This document shows positions 22,156-32,955 of a DNA stretch of 64,000 nt, in pieces. The notes below the pieces were generated by a model. It ran no database searches. It was not told the DNA's origin and saw only the letters and a list, made by a program, of their open reading frames with translations. Numbering within the stretch: the stretch's first letter is position 1; each line of letters opens with the position of its first letter. The translations under genes were made by a program, and so were the position numbers. The DNA is from Hemiscyllium ocellatum (lineage: Eukaryota): positions 113,356,213 through 113,420,212 of the forward strand of contig NC_083402.1 in NCBI RefSeq assembly GCF_020745735.1, read 5' to 3'.

Positions 22156-22849
22156 CATAGTCTGGCTGCTGGCTATTGTCCATATTTAGATTGGTTTCCA
22201 ATTGTAACTCTAATCTCTTGTCAGGTTCGTGTCTTGTTTTCTGTTTTTGCACTTGCTAGAAATGTTGCTTCCTTCAAAGATCTTCTTGCTGATATAGTCT
22301 AACTAATGCTACAGAAAAGCTGCATCTTTCCAATGCTAAGGTAATTGTATCTCTGATCCTGTGCAAGAAGTATCAATTGCCTAATTACCCAGCATTTCAA
22401 TTTGCTAAAGTTTCAAGCCCATTCATTATCCTCAATAAAAGATAAGTATTGAGCATCCAGATTCATTTTGAGAATAGATATAAAAATAAGCAAAGTACTC
22501 CAAATAAGCTTGAGACTTAAACACAGACATGCTGTAACAGTGTTAGATAAAATGCAATATGATTGAGAGAATGAAACAATGTTTGCAATTAATATACTGT
22601 GGAGTGGAATTTGATAAATTATAAAGCAGGAAGATACAATAAAAAGGTACGTACCCAGTCAGTGGAAATACTAAGTTGCGGTTCAAGAGTTGGGCAATCA
22701 TGTGCTTTCTTTTTGGAATCTCAGAGCATTTAAAGTCTGATAAAAATGGCATTTTATATTTGTCAGGTCAATGAAAAGTGCTCTCATACTTCATGTGTGG
22801 GAGCCTTATTAATGTAATTTTACACCAACATAAAATGTTTGAAGTTATG

Positions 22850-23200
22850 TGGTGCCTTTCATGATCTCAAGACATCCCAAAGTGCTTGACAGCCAATGAA
22901 GCACAATTGACATTTATTTGTTTTTATAATGTAATTGATTTACACATGGAAAGCTTTGAAAGTCACATACATTGTAATAGAGATTTGATTATGTTTTAGC
23001 AAAGTTGGTTCAGGGTTAAGTATTTATCAGAGTTCCCCTGTTGCTCTTCAAATTGGTCCCATTGGAATTTTTACACGCACTTGGAGAGGACAGATTGGTT
23101 TAAAATCTCAGTTGAAAGACTGCAGTTCAGTCAATGCGTCATGTGCTGAGTCCTGCACAAAAATATCAGCCTATATGTTGTGCCCATGTCTGTGGTGTGG
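22850..23200 (-). mobile_element. Deu-domain SINE, decayed
   Basis: gcctttcatgatctcaagacatcccaaagtgcttgacagccaatgaagcac...cccctgttgctcttcaaattggtcccattggaatttttacac matches the other Deu-SINE copies. Confidence 0.65.
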
Positions 23201-23490
23201 AACTGCCTATTTTCTTCACACAAATTACCATTCCTTTTGTTGGAATTGCAACATGTGTAGAAATTGCTCAGTTGCAGCAAGGGATAAGAGAAATATCATT
23301 TAGGAAGAAGTTCTTAAACACAGAAAGAATTTGTGATGTTTTTTTTCCTCGTACTAGTTTACTTTTGTGTAAATGGATTTCTTATGTGATTTTCGAGTAA
23401 AAAATGAGATCTGCAGATGCTGGAGATCACAGCTGAAAATGTGTTGCTGGTTAAAGCACAGCAGGTTTGGCAGCATCTCAGGAATAGGGA

Positions 23491-23526
23491 ATTCGACGTT
23501 TCGAGCATAAGCCCTTCATCAGGAAT
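23491..23526 (-). ncRNA. Minimal type I hammerhead ribozyme (intact core)
   Basis: AUUC-CUGAUGA-A-GGGC-UUAU-GCUC-GAAAC-GUC-GAAU: stem I AUUC/GAAU, stem II GGGC/GCUC, palindromic ACGU in place of stem III, GUC cleavage triplet. Confidence 0.85.
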
Positions 23527-23709
23527 GAGAGAGAGTAGCCAAGCAGGCTAAGATAAAAGGTAGGGAGGAGGGACTTGGGGGAGGGGCGATGGAGGTGGGA
23601 TAGGTGGAAGGAGGTCAAGGTGAGGGTGATAGGCCGGAGTGGGGTGGGGGCGGAGAGGTCAGTAAGGAGATTGCAGGTTAGGAGGGCGGTGCTGAGTTGA
23701 GGGAACCGA

Positions 23710-25379
23710 CTAAGACAAGGTGGGGGGAGGGGAAATGAGGAAACTGGAGAAATCTGAATTCATACCTTGTGGTTGGAGGGTTCCCAGGTGGAAGATGAGG
23801 CGCTCCTCCTCCAGCCGTCGTGTTGTTATGTTCTGCCGGTGGAGGAGTCCAAGGACCTGCATGTCCTCGGTGGAGTGGGAGGGAGAGTTAAAGTGTTGAG
23901 CCACGTGTGGTTGGGTTGGTTGGTCCGGGCGGCCCAGAGGTGTTCTCTGAAGCGTTCCGCAAGTAAGCGGCCTGTCTCCCCAATATAGAGGAGGCCACAT
24001 CGGGTGCAGCGGATGCAATAGATGATGTGTGTGGAGGTACAGGTGAACTTGTGGCGGATATGGAAGGATCCCTTGGGGCCTTGGAGGGAAGTGAGTGTGG
24101 AGGTGTGGGCGCAAGTTTTACATTTCCTGCGGTTGCAGGGGAAGGTGCCGGGGGTGGAGGTTGGGTTGGTGGGGGGTGTGGATCTGACGAGGGAGTCACG
24201 AAGGGAGTGGTCCTTGCGGAACGCTGATAGGGGAGGGGAGGGAAATATATCCTTGGTGGTGGGGTCCATTTGGAGGTGGCGGAAATGACGGCGGATGATA
24301 CGTTGTATGCGGAGGTTGGTGGGGTGGTAGGTGAGAACCAGTGGGGTTCTGTCTTGGTGGCGGTTGGAGGAGCGGGGCTCAAGGGCGGAGGAGCGGGAAG
24401 TGGAGGAGATGCAGTGGAGGGCATCGTCGATCACGTCTGGGGGGAATCTGCGGTCCTTGAAGAAGGAGGCCATCTGGGCTGTGCGGTGTTGGAACTGGTC
24501 CTCCTGGGAGCAGATGCGGCGGAAACGAAGGAATTGGGAATATGGGATGGAGTTTTTGCAGGGGGCAGGGTGGGAGGAGGTGTAGTCCAGGTAGCTGTGG
24601 GAGTCAGTCGGTTTATTGTAGATGTCTGTGTTGAGTCGGTCGCCCGAGATAGAGATGGAAAGGTCTAGGAAGGGGAGGGAGGAGTCTGAGACAGTCCAGG
24701 TGAATTTCAGGTCAGGATGGAAGGTGTTAATAAAGTTGATGAACTGTTCAACCTCCTCGTGGGAGCACGAGGCAGCGCCGATACAGTCATCGATGTAGCG
24801 GAGGAAAAGGTGGGGGGTGGTGCCAGTGTAGTTGCGGAAGATGGACTGTTCCACATATCCTACGAAAAGACAGGCATAGCTGGGGCCCATGCGGGTGCCC
24901 ATGGCAACTCCTTTAGTTTGGAGGAAGTGGGAGGATTGAAAAGAGAAGTTATTCAGGGTGAGGACCAGTTCAGTCAGTCGAAGGAGGGTGTCAGTGGAAG
25001 GGTACTGGTTGGTGCGGCGGGAAAGGAAGAAGCGGAGGGCTTTGAGTCCTTCGTGATGGGGGATGGAGGTGTACAGGGACTGGATGTCCATAGTGAAAAT
25101 AAGGCGTTGGGGACCGGGGAAGCGAAAATCCTGGAGGAGGTGGAGGGCGTGGGTGGTGTCCCGAACGTAGGTGGGGAGTTCTTGTTCTAAAGGGGACAGG
25201 ACCGTGTCGAGGTATTGGAAGATGAGTTCGGTGGGGCAGGAGCAGGCTGAGACAATGGGTCGGCCGGGGCAGGCAGGTTTGTGGATTTTGGGCAGGAGGT
25301 AGAAACGGGCGGTGCGGGGTTGTGGGACTGTGAGGTTGGAGGTGGTGGATGGGAGATCCCCTGAGGTGATGAGGTCATG
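23710..25379 (-). CDS. Penelope RT + GIY-YIG endonuclease (5'-truncated; one frameshift near 23905)
   Basis: Open frame from 25379: FYLLPKIHK..GRPIVS, MDIQSLYTSIPH, QTKGVAMG, RYIDD, LPFLDL, IIYCIRCTRCGLLYIGETGR; the C-terminus HFNSPSH..RLEEERLIFHLGTLQPQGMN continues in the adjacent frame. Confidence 0.92.
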
Positions 25380-26269
25380 TGATTCTTATGTGATTTGTTT
25401 TTTTATTAATCAAAATATGGAGAAAATATTTATCTTAATAGAAAATTTCTCGATATTCTCCCCAAAATCTGCAAAGAGGTTCTCAAAAAGAATAACAAGG
25501 AAGTTAGGCAAAATGGAAGGAATCAGTGATGCCAGTCTTGTTGCCATCTAGACAGCCAGCTGCTAATAGCCCTTGCAGTGCAAGAGTTATGCCTCATGCA
25601 GCCCTAAGCATTCAACATCACGATCTATGTCCTGCAAGGAATGTGGTGTTAGGTGTCAATATGGGGTGAGAGGGGCACAGAGAGCTGTAGACTGCTCTTG
25701 TTCTTGTTCTTTCCATTGCAGTGTTGGCAATGCAGTTGATAATTTTGTACTTGTGTAACATGCTGTGTGCATTAATCACATACTAAGATTATGAAAGAGC
25801 AGAATGGGGTAGCCCCCAATTCTAGGTAATTTTGAGGTGTCATCTTTCCACAGCCCTCAAAATGGCAGAGATACCCATTGTGGCTTCATCTAAATGAATC
25901 AGTGTCTTGTCACTGCTAGGGCATCTCAGTTCACATCTGTCATCATATTGGCTGTAATATCAGAGAGTACAGTTGACATTGTAAATTTAAAAAGCATATA
26001 ATGTGTACTTGTGTATAATTAGGATGTTAGATTATCTGTAACTAATCAGAAATTAAATATCATGAGAATGTACATTCAGGTGCATCCATTCTGTGCACCT
26101 TTAGCTAGCAGAAGGACTAGGCTGTTTCAGAATAATTTGCTGTACATAGTCATCCTCCAAGCTGTTAGTTTTCCAGGGACATTAATTTCAGTTTGATTAT
26201 GTGCCTTACTGAACTGTGGAAAAGCATGGTGAGCAATGAAAAATCTCAAGGGCAGGTAGGTTGATGAAT

Positions 26270-26585
26270 TAGGCAGCACAGTGACTAAATGGTTAGCCCT
26301 GCTCCTTCACAGCACCAGGAACACAGGTTTGATTGCAGCCTTGGGTGACTATCATGTTCAGCAAGCAAATTCTTCCCGTGAGTTTTCACTAGGCGAGTTT
26401 CCTCCCATAGTACAAAGATGTGCAGGTTAAATGAATTGGCTATGGCAAATGAAGACTTATGGAGATTGAATGAGGTGTTGTGTCTGGGTAGTATGCTCTT
26501 CAGAAGATTGGTGTAGTTTCAATGGGCCAAATGGCCTCTTTCTTCGCTGTAGGACACTGTAGGAATCATATTTCTATGATTCATG
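26270..26585 (+). mobile_element. HE1-like V-SINE, decayed
   Basis: ggcagcacagtgactaaatggttagc..tttcctcccatagtacaaagatgtgcaggttaa..aatgggccaaatggcctc, homologous to 61539-61848. Confidence 0.75.
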
Positions 26586-27961
26586 AAAGTTTGCAGTTAT
26601 ATAGCAAGTTATTAGGGAGCACTTGTACACACTTTGAAGGGCTATGCCAAGTACCCAGCCTATATTTCTGCTGGACAGACTTACCTTAGACTAAATAAAT
26701 TTACCACCATTTTTGCTTAAGTTTTACAGCATTGAACTTGGCTGCCATCATCTGCCTGGCAAACCTCACTGCACTTTTACAGAAAGCCAACTGGGGCATT
26801 CCACCTCATGCTGTAGCATTGCAAGTTTTTTATTGTTCAAAAAGGAGAAGGGGCTTTGAAGGTCATCTTTCCACATCCCTTTTCCTTCTGTTGACTTTAC
26901 AGGAGCACTTAATTTTATACTTACATACTCGCATAGCTCGTGACTAATTAGTTCACCTGTGCATGTTTTTCTGTCACAGCTGATGGCTTACTTCAAAGTG
27001 GTCTCTTCTATTTAAGTTGCATTTGCACCTACAGATGTTCCTCAATACTGGAACCAATCATGGTGCAAACTCTCAGCAAAGTGTGCTATCCCAGCTGGAA
27101 ACTTGTACAGAATGATAGAAACATGGAAATTGGCAACAAGTTAGCCATCTTCAGCTTAGATATCTGTAAAACGCAAACGGTTCCTATTCCTGCTGATCTC
27201 AAAGAGCTATATCTGAAATTTCTTTGCCACCTTCTCCATGAGTTAATACAGTCATGTAAATGCAATTGACACCCTTGCTGTTGGACTACAGGGCACAGTT
27301 AACTAAAGGAGATTTTTCACCACAAAACTTAGGTTCAAAGACAAAGCAGTTGAAGAGACTATGGCTTATTATATATTATTGCTATTATTAGGTATAAAAT
27401 CTCTGAGCAACCTAATTACATAAGTTTTTACATAATTACACTATTTGTAATGTCAGGAATACCATTAGAATGACAGCTCATGATAAGCAATTTTAGGTTT
27501 CTCCTTCTGTGAGATAGTAACAAATATACGCATGAGTGTTGGATAGTAGACAATTGCTAACACTCAGGAGAATGGTTTGTCTCTTTGGTTTGAATAACAG
27601 GCAGGTGATTTAATAGAGTTTAGAATGATTGCAGCATGGGATGGGAATAAAATTGCCTTGCAGATAATTTTGCAGGATCATTTTATGAGATTCTGATATA
27701 GCCTGCTTTTTAGGTATTGAAGGTATTGGCTTCTCTCATTTCCACTGGGTACAAATATATAGGGTGGGCTGATACCCAGTGGAGTTAAGAAGAATGAGAG
27801 GAAGCCTTATTGAAACATACAAGATCCTGAAGTGATCCTGGAGGAGGCTTGAAACTTGTAGGTGAGACGAGAACTAGGGCACCCATTTGACTTGTTGAAT
27901 TTTCTTCTCCTGAAAGCAGTGGAGACAGAGTCTCTGGATTTATTCAACATTCACTTAGATA

Positions 27962-28178
27962 CTGTTGCTTCCGATATAACATGATAGTTCCGTTCTCATG
28001 CGATCTTGCATTATAAGAAAATTGTGCAATAGCTACGCCATTTAACTAATGGGGTGGAATCACATTATAGCCGATGCAGGTAAGGAAGGTTCGCAGTCTG
28101 CAAATAATGGTCAAAATTCTTCAATCATGTTAAAGTCAGTTCATGTTGAAGAAGCACACATTATAGTAGAAATGACTG
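27962..28178. mobile_element. Tc1/mariner-pogo (Tigger-like) MITE
   Basis: TA flanks; imperfect C(A/T)GT..TTC.G.TATAA terminal inverted repeats; inverted homolog of 30900-31115. Confidence 0.7.
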
Positions 28179-29566
28179 TATGTATTGATAGCTTAGGCAG
28201 TTAAGTATTATGCAGGAACAGACAAGAAAATGAAATTGACACAATACCCAGATCAGCCACAATCTGTTCAAATTGGGAAACAGGCTAACAAGAGCTTAAA
28301 TGGTTTTCTACTGATCTCGAATATAGTATTTTTATGTCCTGTTCTATTGATATAAACATGTCAAAAATAAAATGGAAGCATTATGAAATTTGGAGATTCA
28401 AAAATCAAGTCCCATTTAAGATTCCTTACATTCTGCTATAATTAAAACCCACTCTGAGATGCTATTTGCAGTCATTATACCAAACAGATTCTGTGTTAAA
28501 TCTGTCACACTCTGTATGCCTACTAAATTTTAAAGATGGCAGGTATCTCCAATGCAGTAGCACACACTGCTGCTCCCTTTTATGCATTTCCAATAAATCA
28601 CTAGTCTGTGCTTTGGACAATAATCTGCTCAGATGAGATTACTTCACAAATTGAAATAGAATGTAAATAATTATGTTTCCTGTCCTATGTTTCTTATAAA
28701 TGCTCAGAGCAGAATCTTTATTATTTCAACTTTATACCATATTGAGTCAAAAACAGATGTTCTGAAAAACAAAAAGTCGAAAGAGAACAAACAATGTGAG
28801 ACAACTTGTCCATCATTCAATTTATTATCTTCCCTGTTAAGTCGATGATTAATTTTGAAGTTTGAATTCCTGCATGCATGTGGCACAGACAGCAATGGTT
28901 TTCTTTGTTAACAATAACAAGGGTTCATGGCTCACATTGGGCATGATGATAAGTTGTAAATTAATAACAGAACTGAACCATAATCAGCATTATACCCTAA
29001 AGCGGCCACGTTGGCCGATGGATGAATTGGTTGCCCGGGAGACCAAAAGAGAATATGAGGCAATGTGCTTGTTCTGTTCTGCACTGGATGCCTGCTTATC
29101 AACTAACATGCAAAAGAGATGCCGGCTCGTGTGCACATTGACAATAAGGGTTTAATGTAAAACTGATCTACAGCATAGATTTTTGTAAACTAATCAAGGA
29201 ATATAACCTCCTAATGTAGCTAGTGGCATGAAGATCTACCTACACATGATTTACCATTTTACTGATCCTTGTTTGTCCTTCAAGGTGAAAATGACCATGT
29301 TATAGATCTGGGGTGCTTTGTAGCAATCTAGTAAGTACATGAATCACTGCCTGGAAGATTCTCCTCCAAATGGAAGATGATACTTCAGATAAGGATGTTT
29401 TCCATGAGTTACTAGCCCAGGCATTCTTCTCCTTCAATTTGTTCTATGTAAGTATAGGACTGAAGGTGCAAAGTGCTTACAGATGGAAACCCAAATTCCT
29501 ACATTTGCATTGAATGGGCTAATCACTTACACTGTATCTGCAAATAGTCTGTTTTGTGTACTCAGC

Positions 29567-29990
29567 TGGCTTGTGCATACTTAAAGCATGATGCAGCAAA
29601 AGGAAGAATGAAGAAAGATATATAACACCACAGTTAGAAATAATGCTTTCTATCTGGTTCAGATGGTACAAATATCTTCCTGAAACTAAAATAGAAATTG
29701 CTGGAGAAACTCAGCAGGTCTGGCAGCATCGATGAAGAGAAAACAGCATTAACTTTTCAACTGGACGCAAAACATTAATTCTATTTTCTCTCTACAGATG
29801 CTGCCAGAAGTATACAGATTCTCCAACAATTTCTGTTTTTGTTTCAGGAAGGTATCTGTACCGTTCGAACCAGATAGAAAGCATTATTTCTAATTGTAGT
29901 GTTAAATATCTTTCTTCTTCCTTCCTTTTGCTGCATCATGCTTTAAGTAGACACAAGCCATTTCCTACATCTGCAGTTTTTGGTTTTATT
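29567..29990. repeat. ~394-bp imperfect palindrome centred on a Penelope pLTR hairpin
   Basis: 29567-29679 is repeated in inverted form at 29848-29960; the inner arms are Penelope termini, and the Penelope tail resumes at 29961. Confidence 0.9.
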
Positions 29991-30899
29991 ACCAATATGG
30001 TTCTTTTGGGTTGACTTTTTTTTAACCTAGTTTCCAAATGACAATAGCATTGGGAAGTTATACATTGCTTTTAAAAAAACTGTGATTATACAAAAACGTG
30101 ATTTCGCCCCCTCCCCAGACACTTACGTTTTTCATTTTTCTTTTGTTTTAACCCTTACTTCCCTTTTTCAAGTCACATGCTACCTCTAACCGATGGAGGT
30201 TGAAGGATAGAAGGATAGAATCTGTCAGCCACTTCCTAGATCTGTGGAAACAACCTTCCTTTGAACCAATCACTGAAACATATTGGAGTGACGCAGAAAT
30301 CATTGACTTCTCCTTTGCAATCATGGAGATATATTGCATTGTGTACTATTCACAGCACATTACAGTTCTGCAAAATTTGACATGTTAACAATTTAGTTAG
30401 CATATTTTATGCATAGAAAAATAGAGCATGAGAGAGATTATCCTTTTTTATGTTTATAATTTCTGTGGGAATGATTGCTGTCACCAAACCATTTGCATGT
30501 TAAGCTTATCAAAATGACAAACAGCAACAATCGCTTTAAAAGAGAAATCCTTTCCGGTTTTGCCCCTCATTTCAGCCAGTCCTAGATTTCATACATAGCA
30601 CAGGCTGATGCACAGTAAATTCATTTTATAATTCGTAAGTTCATTTACAATGAACTTTAAATTTCTGTCCTTTGTCCTGTTGAAGTCAATTTGTATTCAT
30701 GGGACCATTTTTGTGGCTCTTTTGCATACATTCCATTCCCGACCTGATTGCTATCTCTGGTTAAACAGATCTTCTTTCAAATTTGGTGTCTGATTTGACC
30801 TTGATTTGAACTTGTGACCATATACACTTTCCACTTTCCATCTCTGCAAAGTCACTTGCCTTTACTCACCTCTGTCTTTGTCACCTCCAGAATCAATTA

Positions 30900-31115
30900 C
30901 AGTAGATTCTGCTATAATGTGTTTCTTCAACGTGAATTGTCTTTAACACGATTGAAGAATTTAGACCATTATTTGTAGAATATGAACTTTCCTTACTGGT
31001 ATTGGCCACAAATGGTTTTGGCTCCATTAATTTAAATAATGAGACTATTGTGCACTCTTCTTATAACACAAGATTACATGAGAATGGAACTATTGGGTTC
31101 TATCAGAACTGACTG
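30900..31115. mobile_element. Tc1/mariner-pogo (Tigger-like) MITE
   Basis: TA|CAGTAGATTCTGCTATAA...TTCTATCAGAACTGACTG|TA; same family as 27962-28178. Confidence 0.75.
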
Positions 31116-31796
31116 TAGTCTAGCATTATTCTAGTGTGTCAATACTATGGCTTTAACAGGTGTATCTTGTCTTTTTTTATGAAGAAAGGTTGAGACAGAA
31201 GTCTAGAGCGGACAGCTCAAAGACAATAAAGTAAAGAACTTGTAAGTTAATTGCTTCACTATCATAGGAAGTCTCTGGGGAGTATGATGAGGTGAAAAAA
31301 AAACATTTTGAGTGCAAATGAGCTAGTACAAGAAATCTACAGACAATGTTTTCAGAATCTAAGAAGGGTCCATCCTCAAATGCACAGGATTTGAACAAAA
31401 TAATTTTGACAGGTGGATAAGGGCATTGAAAATAGACCAAACATATGATGCTCTTAGATAGTCATTTTGGAGAAGTTCAAAAATTCACTTCTGAAGTAAT
31501 GAGGACTTGTGGAAGAGCAGCGAATTAAGACTGTAAGATGGAAATGGCAGATGATTATGCTTTGGTTCATAACGTTTGGCTTGCAACATCCATTTCAATC
31601 CATGAGGAATAGAAATTGGGGAAAAGAAAACTCCTCACCTTGTAAAGGAAAAGGAGATTTCATTGAAGATAATAAAAATAGTTTACCACAGGGTAAAAAA
31701 GAAACTCATGAGGCAGAAAGAAAAGTTAAATAGAACTCAAATGTTTTCGCTGTAATAAAGTAGGCAATGCAGGTGGTCTAGAAAAAGCATTTAGAA

Positions 31797-31888
31797 AGAC
31801 CATTGGATGCCGCCAGGCCTACTGTGCTTTTCCAGCACTGCACTTCTCAACTCTGATTTCCAGCATCTGCAGTCTTCACTTACTCCGA
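31797..31888 (+). mobile_element. Penelope terminal fragment inserted in the gypsy gag
   Basis: ggatgccgccaggcctactgtgcttttccagcac..ctctgatttccagcatctgcagtcttcacttactcc. Confidence 0.75.
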
Positions 31889-32639
31889 GAATAAGTATTG
31901 AGAATACAGATGTGGGAAAATAAGATAAGTTAGTGAGTTTTGTTGAAGTTGTCATGGAAAGCACAGTAGAAACTTAAAAATTACAAAACAATGTACAAAC
32001 TGGTCAGACGTTGGTTGAGCAGGAAGTGCCAGAAAGTTCAAGAATTTACATGTGTGGGTAAGATTTACTGATGTAAGCCAGGAAGAATTATAAGATTTTA
32101 AGAATATGGGAGCAAGTCAATGTTTGATGGCGTGAGATGTGGAGATTTGTAATTCAAAAGGAGAATCGCCAGACAGTGATCATATGTGGAATTAATGGTG
32201 AGAAGAGGAATGTTCCATTCCATAAAGTGAGGTTGAAGGGATCATAAAAAGTGGTGAAGTGGTGGTGGGAGTAATACAGAAATTCTCAGTTCCAGAAATA
32301 TTAGTTTATCCTTGATTTTAAAACAAAACTGAATCACAGGTAGGAGCGATACCTGCTGTCGTTGAAAAGCCAGTGTAAAATCAGGCAGGTAAGGTGCGAC
32401 AGAAAGTGCATCCTGGGACTTTCCCTAACTATATGGTAACAATCTCACAAAGCCACAAGTTGAACTAGGAGGAGAAATCAAGTAGTAAAGATAAGCAAGT
32501 TGAAGTACAGTTATCAGAGATCATTTATGTGCAAATGTTTGAGGGAAAAAAACAAGAACAGCTGGAGGACAACGTGTATATTTCTAGTTCAGAGAAATTA
32601 GCTGAATTACAACAGAAAGAAGAAAAACTAAAGCACTTA

Positions 32640-32955
32640 AGATTAGATTAGATTAGATTTACAGTGTGGAAACAGGCCCTTTGGCCCAACAAGTCCACAC
32701 CGCCCCGCCGAAGCGCAACCCACCCATACCCCTACATTTGCCCCTTAGCTAACACTATGGGCAATTTAGCATGGCCAATTCACTTGACCCGCACATCTTT
32801 GGACTGTGGGAGGAAACTGGAGCACCCGGAGGAAACCCACGCAGACACGGGGAGAACGTGCAAACTCCACACAGTCTGTCGCCTGAGTCGGGAATTGAAC
32901 CTGGGTCTCAGGCGCTGTGAGGCAGCAGTGCTAACCACTGTGTCACCGTGCCGCC
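32640..32955 (-). mobile_element. HE1-like V-SINE, young
   Basis: tRNA-like head, V-domain ctgtgtggagtttgcacgttctccccgtgtctgcgtgggtttcctccgg, CR1-like tail ending (ATCTA)n; near-identical to 61539-61848; possible CACTT TSD. Confidence 0.93.

Larger units (their letters stand above)
23393..25382 (-). mobile_element. Penelope-like retroelement, 5'-truncated, young, 14-bp TSD
   Basis: TSD TTCTTATGTGATTT at 23379-23392 and 25383-25396; RT + GIY-YIG ORF; 3' terminus with hammerhead. Confidence 0.95.

Noticed and set aside
23888-25190. Long Pro/Ser-rich and Gly/Val-rich overlapping ORFs on both strands
   Set aside because: Shadow frames of the C-rich Penelope ORF; only the RT/GIY-YIG frame has recognisable motifs.
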